Under the pieces are notes generated by a model. The model was not told where the DNA came from, did not search any database, and was given only the letters and a program-made list of their open reading frames with translations. 64,000 bases of DNA. Source: an uncultured delta proteobacterium (GTDB taxonomy: Bacteria; Myxococcota; Myxococcia; Myxococcales; Myxococcaceae). How positions within the stretch are numbered: position 1 is the stretch's first letter; every line of letters starts with the position of its first letter. Both the position numbers and the translations under genes were made by a program. The stretch lies in the NCBI GenBank assembly GCA_963771175.1, contig CAVYSY010000038.1:1-64000 (forward strand). The letters are read 5' to 3'. Shown piece by piece: positions 22,803 through 36,956 of the stretch.

Positions 22803-23391
22803 TCAGCTCATGCCCACCCCCGCGTGGGGCCGGAGGAGTTTCTGCAGCTTCGCTCGGGCGTCGTATAGCCGCTTGGAGACGGTCCCCAACGAGAGACCCA
22901 GGGAGCGGCCGATGTCCTGGTACTTCTGTCCGGCCGCGTGGATGCTCGAAGGTGGTCCGCAGCTTGGGACTCAGCGCCTCGAGGGCCTGGGAGAACTGTG
23001 CATCCGTGAGCGTGTCGTAGACGGGCCGCGCGCTGGACCCCCAGGCTCTCTGGGCCTCGCCATTCAGGCTCGGGTCCTTCGCCCAGTGGGACTGGCTCCT
23101 GCTCGCCCGCCACTGGTCATAGACGAGGCGCGTCAGGGTGGTGGTCAACCATGTCTCACACGCCTTCTGGCTGGGAAACGCCTCGCCCTTGCCGAAGGCC
23201 TGGAGGAATCGCAGCAGGGTCTCCTGCGCGAGGTCTTCCGCGTCATGCGGATTGCGGCACACGCTCCTCGCCTTCACCAGGAGCCACTCCCGATACCGCG
23301 CCACGAAGACATCACAGTCCTCCGTGCCGAACGGACGACCGTTCCGTAGGAGGCCACCGCTGTCGACCCTGCTGTCGTGCCTGTTGTTCAT
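22803..23391 (-). CDS. ECF-type RNA polymerase sigma factor (frameshift ~22945)
   Basis: DAEDLAQETLLR (region 2), WL; region 4 GQKYQDIGRSLGLSLGTVSKRLYDARAKL in the adjacent frame. Confidence 0.88.
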
Positions 23392-23438
23392 GGGCTTCTG
23401 GGACGGAGTCGTCCGAAGGGGGTGATGGGCGGCCCCTC

Positions 23439-23455
23439 AGCACCCGCCGTGCCAA
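23439..23455 (-). promoter_or_regulatory. Sigma54 (-24/-12) promoter upstream of the ECF sigma-bEBP operon
   Basis: Minus strand TTGGCACGGCGGGTGCT, near-consensus TGGCACG-N4-TTGC. Confidence 0.7.
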
Positions 23456-23653
23456 TCGCCAGGAGTGAGTCCCGGCACACGCCTGCTCCCACGGAGTCCT
23501 TGTTCGCGTCGCGTCCCTGGAATGATCCAGAGAGGCTGTGCGCGCGGGCCCGTCCTGAAGCGGCGCGGCGTGGTGGAAACACGCGGCCGCGTGGGCGCGA
23601 TACGCGGAGGCAGTAGGTCCGTTCTTCCCGCGGCCCTAGACTTCGGACCCCCT

Positions 23654-27654
<4,001 letters not shown>

Positions 27655-27828
27655 AAGAGCCGAGCGAGGGTCGCATGCACCTCGGGCCGGCTGCACACGA
27701 AGCGAGCGGGCTGGCGATAGACAGACGGGCTGAGTAGGGACCGACCGTCGATGCGAGCCGCTCGGCGAGGGGGTCGGGTGGCTCGCCCCGTGGCGCGCGA
27801 GGACCCATTCTTCTCCCAGGAGGCTTCC

Positions 27829-28086
27829 ATGGCCAAGTGCGAGGTCTGTGGCAACGAGTACTACCTGGCCTTCCAGGTCATCACCGCTGGCGTCACCCAC
27901 ACCTTCGACAGCTTCGAGTGCGCCGTCCACAAGCTGGCCCCCGTCTGCGACCACTGTAGCTGCAAGGTGCTGGGCCACGGCGTCGAGGCCAATGGCACCT
28001 TCTACTGCTGCGCCCATTGCGCCCACGCCGCGGGGGTCCGCTCCATCGTCGACAACGCGGATCACGCCCCCGCCTCGCTCTCATAG
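27829..28086 (+). CDS. Small Cys/His-rich metal-binding protein (prokaryotic metallothionein-like)
   Basis: CEVCGN..FDSFECA..CDHC...GHGVE...YCCAHCA; RBS AGGAGG. Confidence 0.8.
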   Translation: MAKCEVCGNEYYLAFQVITAGVTHTFDSFECAVHKLAPVCDHCSCKVLGHGVEANGTFYCCAHCAHAAGVRSIVDNADHAPASLS

Positions 28087-28091
28087 GTGGC

Positions 28092-29840
28092 TCAGGACCG
28101 GGCCCCCGCGAGGCTCATGCGCAGGTAGTAACCCTGGCCGGGCTCCATGAGCGTGCACGAGTAGCCCAGTCGCTGGCAGGCCTCGTGCAGGCGGGTCAGG
28201 TCCGCGGAGTCGGGCGAATAGAGCTCGATGTAGGGCCCCGGCAGGGTTCGGAAGTCCAGGTCCTGCAGCGCGGGCGAATAGACGGAATGGCTGGCGAACG
28301 GCACTTCATCCTTGGGCCGGTCGAACGGTGAAATGCCGAGGGCGTAGAAGCCACTCAGGGCGTTCATGTTCGTGAGATAGGACCGACACGTCTCGGGCCG
28401 GAAGGTATCGGAGACGTACCGATCGATGGAGAAGCTGTCGAGCACCACCAGGTCCGCGGAGGCCAGCGCTTCCCGATGGGTGAAGCCCTGAAGGCTGTCG
28501 GACCTGGGGAATCCCTGTTGCCCGAGCCACGGCATCATGTAGTCGGCGCCCAGCACCTCGCGGGCCTGGGGGCGCTCAGCGGACAACAGGCTGAGCAGCA
28601 GCTCACGGGTATCGGGGCGGGTCAGCAACCAGTCGTGGCGCACGGAGCGGTAGCAGCTCTGCGCCAGGGCAGCGCTCCCCAGCACGGTGACCACGAGGCC
28701 GCTGAGGGTCGGCCCACGCACCCGCTCGCAGAGCCCCACGATGCCGATGGCGGCCAACGAGCCCATCAGGGGAACCAGGGGGAGCACGTATCGGTCAAAG
28801 GCCAGGAGCGAGCGGAAGACGACCAGCGTGAAGGCGAGCCCGAAGGCCAGCAGCGCCAGCTTCTTCGAGCGGGCTACCGTCCGCTCTCTCACGAGGATGA
28901 CCAGACCCACGACCCCGAGCGCGACAGGCACGATGCCGATGCCGTTGACCAGGGCGAGAGAGTGCTCGAGCCAGGGAGTCCGGGTGTCATACCCGAAGTG
29001 CCCCAGCTCGAACGCATGGCGAGACTCATAGCGAAAGGAGCCGAGGAACGTGGACCGTTCGACGAGGACATAGGGATTGAAGGCGAGGAACGCGCCTGCC
29101 GCTCCCAGGCCCACGAAGAGCATCTGATGAATGAGACGGTCGAACCGGAAGCCCTCCTCCGCCAACGCGGCGACCAGGATGGCGACCCCCACCACCGCGC
29201 CGTTGTACTTGGCACTGGCGGCCAACCCCACCGCGATGCCCATGGCCAGGGCCAGCGGACGCGAGCGGCGCTCGCTGTCGATCCACCGCATGACCAGCCA
29301 GAGGGTCAGCATGCACATGGCGGCCAGGGGCAGGTCGACCGTGTCCATGTGCGACTGCTGGACCCAGAGGAGCGAGGTGCCCGCCAGGAGCACCGCCAGG
29401 GCCGAGGTCAGCCGATTGCGCGTGAGCCGGTAGGCAACGAAATACGTCGCCGTCAGGCCGATGGCCGAGAACGAGAGCGCCACGACGTGCCCCGGAAGGG
29501 TGTACGGAATCCTGGCGGCCGACAGGGGCAGGAACCCGCTCTGGGACTGGTCGGCGAAGGCCTGAAACGTGGGCGGACCCCCGCCGAACTGTCTGAGCAG
29601 GAAGAAGACGATGCAGTAGGCGGCCGCGTTCACGTAGATGACCAGGCCCGGGTAGTTGAAGAACCTGGGGTTGCCCTGGTTCAGCACCGTCGCCAGCGCC
29701 TGCTTCACGATGGAGTCCGGGTGGTGGAAGGGTGGCCCGCCCGCCAACCCCAGCAGGAGTGCGATCCCGACCGAGGCCAGCAGGGGTAGAGCGTGGCCAG
29801 CCCCGGCCAGTCGGGTGATGAGCTTGTGGACGTGGGACAT
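28092..29840 (-). CDS. ArnT/PMT-like GT-C membrane glycosyltransferase
   Basis: HPD-like early acidic motif, FFNYPG, many TM helices, TVD.P, G.A..AKY, NPY, RY.LP..P. Confidence 0.8.
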   Translation of the reverse strand: MSHVHKLITRLAGAGHALPLLASVGIALLLGLAGGPPFHHPDSIVKQALATVLNQGNPRFFNYPGLVIYVNAAAYCIVFFLLRQFGGGPPTFQAFADQSQSGFLPLSAARIPYTLPGHVVALSFSAIGLTATYFVAYRLTRNRLTSALAVLLAGTSLLWVQQSHMDTVDLPLAAMCMLTLWLVMRWIDSERRSRPLALAMGIAVGLAASAKYNGAVVGVAILVAALAEEGFRFDRLIHQMLFVGLGAAGAFLAFNPYVLVERSTFLGSFRYESRHAFELGHFGYDTRTPWLEHSLALVNGIGIVPVALGVVGLVILVRERTVARSKKLALLAFGLAFTLVVFRSLLAFDRYVLPLVPLMGSLAAIGIVGLCERVRGPTLSGLVVTVLGSAALAQSCYRSVRHDWLLTRPDTRELLLSLLSAERPQAREVLGADYMMPWLGQQGFPRSDSLQGFTHREALASADLVVLDSFSIDRYVSDTFRPETCRSYLTNMNALSGFYALGISPFDRPKDEVPFASHSVYSPALQDLDFRTLPGPYIELYSPDSADLTRLHEACQRLGYSCTLMEPGQGYYLRMSLAGARS

Positions 29841-30019
29841 TCGTGACGCTCCACTGAAGCAAGGACGGAATCAGAGTCCGAGCCCAGGCGGCGCCTATCC
29901 TCCTAGCTGGAGGGGGGGCGCGCTCGCATGGGCCGGACCGAGTGTCCAGGTTGTAACTCCCCTCCCCCGGCCCCAATGACGAGGGAGGCCCCAAGTCTGG
30001 GGTGGTCCCGGGAGACGGA

Positions 30020-31921
30020 ATGCCGCAGCGGATCGACGACTACGCCTTGCTGGGCGACTGCCACTCCGCGGCGCTGGTGGGACGTGACGGTTCCATCGAC
30101 TGGGCGTGCTTCCCCCGGTTCGACTCGCCCGCGGTGTTCTGCCGCATCCTCGACAAGCGCCGGGGTGGCTCCTTCCGGGTGAGCCCGGATGGCCCGTTCC
30201 AGTCCACGCGCCACTACCTCGAGGACACCAACGTCCTCGTCACCACCTTCACCACCCCTGGCGGAGTGCTGGAGGTGACGGACTGCATGCCCGTCCGCAT
30301 GGAACAGGCACGCAGCTCGCGCGTGGGGACGCGGCATGCCCTGCTGCGGCGGGTGCGCTGCGTCGCGGGCCGGGTGCTGGCGCGCGTGGTGGTGGCTCCG
30401 CGCTTCGAGTACGGCGCCTTCGTGCCACGCATCAGCCTCACCTCGCTCCGGACGGCCGAGTTCGTGGGGGGCGCGGACGCGCTGTGGGTGACGGCCACGC
30501 GCCCGCTGGCCGCGAGCGACACCTCCGTGCGTGCGCGCTGGCACATGCGGGCCGGGGACGAGGACTGGGTGGAAGCGGCGTGGACGCCCTCGCTCATCGA
30601 GCGCGCTCCGGCGGACATGCCGGAACCCGCGGTGCTCCGCCGCCGGCTGGAGGAGACGGTGGCCTTCTGGCGCGAGTGGAGCTCCCACTGCGCCTACGAG
30701 GGCGAGTACATGCACGCGGTGCGCCGCTCGGCGCTGGTGCTCAAGGCGCTGACGTACGCCCCCTCGGGCGCCATCGTCGCGGCCCCCACCGCGTCCCTCC
30801 CCGAGGAGCCGGGCGGTGAGCGCAACTGGGACTACCGCTACACCTGGCTGCGCGACACCACGCTCACCCTCATCTCGCTGATGCTGTTGGGCTACCAGGA
30901 GGAGGCCTTCGCCTTCCGGCACTGGCTGCGGCGCACCAGCGCGGGGCGCGCCGAGGACATGCAAATCATGTACGGCATCCGCGGCCACCGGCTGCTGCCC
31001 GAGCTGGAGCTGACCCACCTGGAGGGCCACCGGGGCTCGCGGCCGGTGCGCATCGGCAACGGGGCGGTGAAGCAACTCCAGCTCGACGTCTTCGGGGAGA
31101 TGCTGGAGGGGGCGTGGTTGTTCGCGAAGATGGGCGGCCGGCTGACGCCGAGGAACTGGGACTACCTGAGCCGGCTGGTGGAGGACGTGTGCGAGCACTG
31201 GCGGGAGCCGGACCAGGGGTTGTGGGAGATACGCGACGCGCCCCGGCACTTCATCCACTCGAAGCTGCTGTGCTGGGTGGCCCTGGACCGGGCCCTCCGC
31301 ATCGCACGCACGCGGCGGTTCCCGGCCCCGGTGGGGCGCTGGGCCCGCGAGCGAGCGCTGCTGCGCGAGTACCTGCTGCACGAGGGCGCTCGCAACGGAT
31401 GGTTCCCCCAGGCGGTGGGTTCGGACCAGGCGGATGCCTCGATGCTGCAACTGCCCGCGCTCGGCTTCCTGCCGGCGACCCACCCGCTGGTGTGCCGCAC
31501 GGTGGCCCTGGTGCGCCAGCGGCTGGAGAAGGACGGGCTGCTCTTCCGCTACCACGCCCCGGACGGCCTGCACGGTGGCGAGGGCACCTTCCTCCTGTGC
31601 TCCTTCTGGCTGCACGACGTGCTGGTGCACTCGGGAAGGACGGGAGAGGCCGAGGAGCTGCTCCAGCACCTGCTGAGCCTGTCCAACGACGTGGGCCTCT
31701 ACGGCGAGGAGGCGGTGCCGGGCACGGGCGAGGCGCTGGGCAACTTCCCGCAGGCCTTCACGCACATGGCGCTGGTGGCCTCGTGCGCGCAGCTCTCGGC
31801 GGCCCGGAGCTTCCCGCTCCCGAGGCCCGGCGCGTATGACTACGCGGACTTCGCGCTCACCTACCACCTCGGCAAGCGCTCCATCTTCATGTCCCACTTC
31901 TCGTGGGAAGCGGCGATGTGA
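30020..31921 (+). CDS. Glycoside hydrolase family 15 (trehalase/glucoamylase-like)
   Basis: IDDYALLGDC..AALV..DGSIDW.C.PRFDS, RNWDYRYTWLRD, QLDV.GE, GLWE.R, EG.F..CSFW, GNFPQAFTH. Confidence 0.93.
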   Translation: MPQRIDDYALLGDCHSAALVGRDGSIDWACFPRFDSPAVFCRILDKRRGGSFRVSPDGPFQSTRHYLEDTNVLVTTFTTPGGVLEVTDCMPVRMEQARSSRVGTRHALLRRVRCVAGRVLARVVVAPRFEYGAFVPRISLTSLRTAEFVGGADALWVTATRPLAASDTSVRARWHMRAGDEDWVEAAWTPSLIERAPADMPEPAVLRRRLEETVAFWREWSSHCAYEGEYMHAVRRSALVLKALTYAPSGAIVAAPTASLPEEPGGERNWDYRYTWLRDTTLTLISLMLLGYQEEAFAFRHWLRRTSAGRAEDMQIMYGIRGHRLLPELELTHLEGHRGSRPVRIGNGAVKQLQLDVFGEMLEGAWLFAKMGGRLTPRNWDYLSRLVEDVCEHWREPDQGLWEIRDAPRHFIHSKLLCWVALDRALRIARTRRFPAPVGRWARERALLREYLLHEGARNGWFPQAVGSDQADASMLQLPALGFLPATHPLVCRTVALVRQRLEKDGLLFRYHAPDGLHGGEGTFLLCSFWLHDVLVHSGRTGEAEELLQHLLSLSNDVGLYGEEAVPGTGEALGNFPQAFTHMALVASCAQLSAARSFPLPRPGAYDYADFALTYHLGKRSIFMSHFSWEAAM

Positions 31922-31938
31922 GCCGCGTCCGCCGAGGG

Positions 31939-32277
31939 CTACCCGAGGCCCGGGTCATACGGCGGCGCGAGCAGCGCGCAGAGCACCAGCTCCGTCACGT
32001 CCTTGCCACCCCCGAGGTTCGTGGCGAGGCAGCGAGGCGTGTAGATGAAGCCCCACGGGAAGCCCCACCAGCCCAGGAAGAGCGACATGAGGGTGTAGCC
32101 GAGGCTCATGCCGAACGTGCCCTGCCCGGCCCGCACGAAGTAGACATCCGAGCAGCGTTTGAAGCTCAGCACGAGCACCGAGACGCAGTACTCGAAGACG
32201 ACGAACTTCCCGCCGCGCCGCAACTCGTCGTGGATCTGCGCCGTGGACATGCCGTCCATGCCGTGGATGCCAGTCAT
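31939..32277 (-). CDS. Small membrane hypothetical protein
   Basis: GGKFVVFEYCVS...YT..SL.LGWWGFPWG.IYT...L..NL.GG.DVT. Confidence 0.7.
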   Translation of the reverse strand: MTGIHGMDGMSTAQIHDELRRGGKFVVFEYCVSVLVLSFKRCSDVYFVRAGQGTFGMSLGYTLMSLFLGWWGFPWGFIYTPRCLATNLGGGKDVTELVLCALLAPPYDPGLG

Positions 32278-32603
32278 ACTGCCCCCCTGTCCGAGAAGTG
32301 CGGCCCCGGCCGCGCTGAACAGTGCGCGCAGCGTACATGGGCGATGCCCGCAAGCACAGCGGCCCCCCGGGCGAGCGAGCGCAGCCGCACGAGAAGCAAG
32401 AGGGCTCCAAGACTCCGCGTACAGGAGTATCCGACGAGGCCTCTTGGCGGTAAAGAGCGCTACGCGCGCAGTCCAGGCGCGCCCTGTCTCGTTTTAGCGG
32501 AAGTTGAGCGGTGCTGGCCTTCCCGCCGGGCATGCAGCGGAGCGGCCTTCGTCTCCTGCCACCCTCCGAGCCCCTGCTTACCGTGAGCACATGGGAGGCA
32601 GGA

Positions 32604-33131
32604 ATGGCCACGAAGAAGACGGAGAAGAAGGACCCCATCGAGCACCTGGGCGAGCTCATCCACGGCATCAAGGTGACGATGATGACGACGGTGGAGGAGG
32701 ACGGCACCCTGCGCAGCCGCCCCATGTGGACGCATGACCGGGACTTCGACGGGGAGCTGTGGTTCTTCACCCGCGAGCACTCACCCAAGGTGGACGCGGT
32801 GGAGCGAGACCATCACGTCAACCTCTCCTATTCCGACCCCACGAGGGACCGGTATGTCTCGGTGAGCGGCCAGGGCCGGCTGGTGCTCGACAAGGAGAAG
32901 GCGCGCGAGCTGTGGAACCCCACCCTCAAGGCCTGGTTCCCCAAGGGGCTGGATGACCCCGAGCTCGCCCTGCTCTGCGTGAAGGTGAACAAGGCCGAGT
33001 ACTGGGACACCCCCAACAGCCGCATGGTGCAGCTCGTGGGCTTCGTGAAGGGCGTCCTCACCGGCGAGCCGTACCGCCCGGGCGACAACGAGAAGGTGAA
33101 CCTCGACGAGGCCGGTGCCCCGCTGCACTGA
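32604..33131 (+). CDS. Pyridoxamine 5'-phosphate oxidase family / general stress protein 26-like
   Basis: MMTT...G.LRSRPM, LWFFT...S.KV, YVSVSG, LW......WFP.G.DDP.L.L, AEYWD. Confidence 0.88.
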   Translation: MATKKTEKKDPIEHLGELIHGIKVTMMTTVEEDGTLRSRPMWTHDRDFDGELWFFTREHSPKVDAVERDHHVNLSYSDPTRDRYVSVSGQGRLVLDKEKARELWNPTLKAWFPKGLDDPELALLCVKVNKAEYWDTPNSRMVQLVGFVKGVLTGEPYRPGDNEKVNLDEAGAPLH

Positions 33132-33294
33132 CGCCCCGCGCTCGTCTGCGTCGTCGTCTTTTGGACCCCGCCGTCAGCGAGGCGTTGGACTGGCCAACAG
33201 CGCGCCCGGGGATCGCCCTCGGAGCCCCTTGCATTCAACGGTGGGGGGCCTCACGCATGGCGGAACGTTCTGGTTCCAGGGGAGAGGCGAGCGC

Positions 33295-34626
33295 ATGGAC
33301 CACAAGGCGAGAGCTGTCTCCAAGCCCGAGGGGAAGCTGGCGGTGCTGCTGCCGGGGCTCGGCGCGGTTTCGACCACGCTGATCGCGGGCGTGGAGCTGA
33401 TGCGGATGGGGAAGGGCGTGCCGGTGGGCTCGCTGACGCAGATGGGCATGGCCCGCCTGGGCAAGCGCACCGAGGGGCGCAACGTGCGCATCAAGGACCT
33501 GGTGCCGATCGCCTCGGTGAAGGACGTGGTCTTCGGAGCCTGGGACATCATCGGCGAGAACGCGTATCAGGTGGCCGAGCGCTCCGCGGTGCTGAGCAAG
33601 GAGCACCTGGCGCTGGTGAAGCCCGCGCTCGAGAAGCTCAAGCCCAAGAAGGGCGTCTACAACCCCGAGTTCGTGCGCCGCATCGCGGCCAACCACTTCA
33701 AGGGCACGAAGACGCACCGCAAGAGCATCGAGGCGCTGCGCCAGGACATCCGAGACTTCCTCGAGGAGCTGGGGGCGAAGCGCGCGGTGATGGTGCTGTG
33801 CGCCTCGGTGGAGACGTACGCCGCGCCGCCCCAGGCGGTGAGCTCGCTGGAGGAGCTGGAGAAGGCGCTGGATGCCAATGACCCCAGCATCAACCCCACG
33901 CTGCTCTACGCCTACGCGGCGCTCCAGGAGGGCGTGCCCTTCGCCAACGCGACGCCGAACCTGTGCGTGGACACCCCGGCGCTGCAAGAGCTGGCGCGCC
34001 AGCAGGGAGTGCCGGTGGCGGGGAGGGATCTCAAGAGCGGCCAGACGATGATGAAGACGGTCATCGCCCCGGCGCTCAAGGCGCGCATGCTGGGCCTGGA
34101 GGGCTGGTTCTCCACCAACATCCTCGGCAACCGGGACGGCGAGGTGCTCGACGACCCGCGGGCCTTCAAGGCCAAGGAAGTGACGAAGTCGGGCGTGCTG
34201 GACACCATCCTCCAGCCGGAGCTCTACCCGGAGCTCTACGGCAAGGTGAGCCACAAGGTGTCCATCCACTACTACCCGCCTCGCGGCGACGCGAAGGAGG
34301 GCTGGGACAACATCGACCTCTTCGGGTGGATGGGCTACCCGATGCAGCTCAAGGTCAACTTCCTCTGCCGCGACTCCATCCTCGCCGCGCCGCTGGTGCT
34401 GGACATCGCGCTGTTCATGGACCTGGCGCGGCGCCTGGAGTGGAAGGGCATCCAGGAGTGGATGTCCTTCTACTTCAAGAGCCCCATGGCCCAGCCCGGC
34501 CTGCAGCCCGAGCATGACCTGTTCATCCAGACCACCAAGCTGAAGAACACGCTGCGGGTGATTGCCGGAGAGGAGCCCCTCACGCACCTGGGGCTCGACT
34601 ACTACGCCGAGGACCTGCCGCTCTGA
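33295..34626 (+). CDS. ino1: Inositol-3-phosphate synthase
   Basis: GLGAVSTT, FGAWD, N.TPN, G.D.KSGQT..K, STNILGNRDG, YYPPRGD.KE.WD, RDSILAAP, SFYFKSP. Confidence 0.93.
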   Translation: MDHKARAVSKPEGKLAVLLPGLGAVSTTLIAGVELMRMGKGVPVGSLTQMGMARLGKRTEGRNVRIKDLVPIASVKDVVFGAWDIIGENAYQVAERSAVLSKEHLALVKPALEKLKPKKGVYNPEFVRRIAANHFKGTKTHRKSIEALRQDIRDFLEELGAKRAVMVLCASVETYAAPPQAVSSLEELEKALDANDPSINPTLLYAYAALQEGVPFANATPNLCVDTPALQELARQQGVPVAGRDLKSGQTMMKTVIAPALKARMLGLEGWFSTNILGNRDGEVLDDPRAFKAKEVTKSGVLDTILQPELYPELYGKVSHKVSIHYYPPRGDAKEGWDNIDLFGWMGYPMQLKVNFLCRDSILAAPLVLDIALFMDLARRLEWKGIQEWMSFYFKSPMAQPGLQPEHDLFIQTTKLKNTLRVIAGEEPLTHLGLDYYAEDLPL

Positions 34627-35318
34627 GCTGAGCGCGGCGGGAGCGGCACGAACCGCAACCCGAAGGCCCAGGCTGGGAAAGCCGTGGCGATGAGCCCCGC
34701 GCCAAACCCATACAACAGCTCATCGAGAGGAACACCGAGGAGCCTGCCGTCCAGCAGCAGGCTCGGGCGCCACGCGCGCTCGAAGACGCCGGGCACGAGC
34801 AACTCGAAAACGAGGCAAAGCCCCAGGTAGAGGGTAGCCGAGAGCAACGCGCCCAGCAGGCTCGGCCCCAGCAGGTCCCCGCGCCTCACCAGGATGCCGG
34901 CGACAGCCAACACCATCGCCGCCACGGCGGCGTAGAGGATGGGCACGCCCACCGCGAGCAGCAGCCCGACCACCACGAACGTGAGCACGAGCGAGCCCAC
35001 GGCTCGCGCCCACGGCCTCTCGCTCGCGCCACGGGACACCAGGGTGCGGCGGAACGCCACGGCATACGCGCTGGAGCAGAAGGCCCCGAGTCCCACCACG
35101 AACAGCACGTCCTCGATGCCGAAGCCGATCCGATCCGCCAGGTCGAACAGGAACCGAGGGGTCCAGTACTCCGGGTAGAACAGCCACTCGGTCGCCGCGA
35201 ACGGGAGCGAGAGCAGCGCCACCCGCTTCATCAGCCAGCGCAGGTCCGGGCGCACGAGCCAGACGAGCACTCCCGGCACCAGGAACAGGAGCGCCAGCAC
35301 CAGGAACTCGTAGGTCAT
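34602..35318 (-). CDS. Lycopene-cyclase-domain (CrtYc/d-like) membrane protein
   Basis: Two hydrophobic halves, each ending in a W...G.P/G(I/L)(E/D)(D/E).L(F/Y) motif (YWTP..GFGIEDVLF; AW...LGVPLDELLYGF). Confidence 0.6.
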   Translation of the reverse strand: MTYEFLVLALLFLVPGVLVWLVRPDLRWLMKRVALLSLPFAATEWLFYPEYWTPRFLFDLADRIGFGIEDVLFVVGLGAFCSSAYAVAFRRTLVSRGASERPWARAVGSLVLTFVVVGLLLAVGVPILYAAVAAMVLAVAGILVRRGDLLGPSLLGALLSATLYLGLCLVFELLVPGVFERAWRPSLLLDGRLLGVPLDELLYGFGAGLIATAFPAWAFGLRFVPLPPRSAQSGRSSA

Positions 35319-35325
35319 GGCGTCC

Positions 35326-36234
35326 TCAGGAGACCGTCAGGCCCAGGAGGGGAATCATGACCATCGCCAGGGTGGCGGTGATGGCGGCCGCGACCCGGAG
35401 CTGGATGAGACGGGAGCCGGGTGGCGCGGGATGAACCAGTGGCACCGCGAGCGCCGCCATCGCCGGCACGAGCAGCCCCGCGCCCGCGCTCAGGCCCACG
35501 GCGCCCAGTCCGAACGGGGCCAGCGCCAGCGAGAGCCCGTTGAGCGCCACGATGGCCCAGGCAGCCCGCTCGCCCCCCACCCGCGCCGGCAGCGTGTACT
35601 TGCCGCTCTCCCGGTCCGAGGGCTCGTCGGGGAGCGCGGTGGCGATGGCACAGCCGAGATGCGTGGGCAGCAGCAGCGCGAGGAGCGCCCAGGGAAAGCT
35701 CGCGAGCTCCCCGCCCTGCGCGACATAGCCATAGAGCGGCAGCACCCCGGCGACGCCCACCATCTGCAGCAGCTCCCCGCCTCCCCGGTAGGAGAGCCGG
35801 AGCGGCGGATAGCTGTAGGCCCACAGCAGCGCCAGTGCCGCCATCGCCAGCGGTACGAGCAGCGGCGCGCCCCGAGCCACCGCCAGCCCCGCCGACAGGA
35901 CCAGCAGCGCCCCCGCGCAGAGGAGGGCGGCGAGACCGAGCGCTCGCGCTGGGAGCCGGCCCTCGACCAGCACGCGCGACCCGCCGGAGAAGAGGGTGGC
36001 CGTCCGGTTGCGCCGGTCGGTCTCCTGGTCCGCCCAATCATTCGCGTAGACGATGAAGAGCTGATCGAGCAGCCCGAAGAGCTGGACCCCCACCAGCGTC
36101 CCGAGCTCGAGCGCTCGGCCCCGCATGTGCGCGGCGACGACCTGCCCGAGCAGCAGCGGGAGCGCGAGGTACGACTGCGAGGGGAGCCGCGAGGCCTGGA
36201 GCCACGTCCGGAGCGCCGCCAGCCCGGCCCTCAC
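35326..36234 (-). CDS. UbiA/MenA-family prenyltransferase (2)
   Basis: WLQASR, NDWADQETD, FSGGSRVL, YSYPPLRLSYRGGGE, PDEPSDRESGK.TL; GTGA overlap with the upstream gene. Confidence 0.85.
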   Translation of the reverse strand: MRAGLAALRTWLQASRLPSQSYLALPLLLGQVVAAHMRGRALELGTLVGVQLFGLLDQLFIVYANDWADQETDRRNRTATLFSGGSRVLVEGRLPARALGLAALLCAGALLVLSAGLAVARGAPLLVPLAMAALALLWAYSYPPLRLSYRGGGELLQMVGVAGVLPLYGYVAQGGELASFPWALLALLLPTHLGCAIATALPDEPSDRESGKYTLPARVGGERAAWAIVALNGLSLALAPFGLGAVGLSAGAGLLVPAMAALAVPLVHPAPPGSRLIQLRVAAAITATLAMVMIPLLGLTVS

Positions 36235-36956
36235 GACGCGGACTCTCGCGAGAAACCGAGTCGCTTCGCGGCCTCGGCACGCAGGTCGGTGAAGGGCAGG
36301 TCCCAGCGGCGCTCGCCATCGAGCCGCCACGCCTTGACGGGGATGAAATCCGCCTGGGCGAGCACCTGGTGCAGGTGCGCCTCCTCTCGGGGCTCCCTGC
36401 AGAAGGTGAAGGGGTTGCGGAACTCCTGGCCCTGGAGCTGCCCGTACTTGCTGTCATTGCCTGCGATGAGCTCGAGGAGCTTCTCGCGCCGGGAGTCCAG
36501 GTAGTCGAAGAACGCCAGGTCGAAGGGTCCGATGCTCGCGCGGAGCGACGGCTCACGCGCCACCCAGCGGGCCCAGTCGTAGCCGTAGAGGAAGTCGTGG
36601 GCATAGCGGAAGCGCAGCTCCGACTTGTTGCCGAAGCCGCGGCACACCACCACCACGCGACGGACGAAGCCGTCGATCTCCTCCGGCCCACCCGCGCTCC
36701 ACATACAGCACGCCAGGTAATCGAGGTCCCAGAAGACGTTGTCGGGAAAGTCTTCCGCGAGCGTCCGGATCACCTCGCAGAGGCCCCGGACGAAGGCGCG
36801 CAGCCGCACCACCTCGTCGCGGTCACCCACCACCCGCGCCACCAGCTCGACGGGCGGGAGCGCGTGCGGTCGGCTGGAGTCGAGCGAGGAACCCTCTCGG
36901 AGCAGGGGCTCCACACACTCGAGCTCGAAACGGATGTCCTCCGGCAACCCTCTCAC
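36231..36956 (-). CDS. Soluble hypothetical protein
   Basis: Clean ORF coupled at both ends by GTGA overlaps; FWDLDY, FRYAHDFLYGYDWARW, RNPF.F.RE motifs. Confidence 0.75.
   Translation of the reverse strand: MRGLPEDIRFELECVEPLLREGSSLDSSRPHALPPVELVARVVGDRDEVVRLRAFVRGLCEVIRTLAEDFPDNVFWDLDYLACCMWSAGGPEEIDGFVRRVVVVCRGFGNKSELRFRYAHDFLYGYDWARWVAREPSLRASIGPFDLAFFDYLDSRREKLLELIAGNDSKYGQLQGQEFRNPFTFCREPREEAHLHQVLAQADFIPVKAWRLDGERRWDLPFTDLRAEAAKRLGFSRESAS

Noticed and set aside
36231..36956. Calling this protein a ferrochelatase
   Set aside because: I recall similar proteins carrying that label, but I see no HemH motifs in the sequence.
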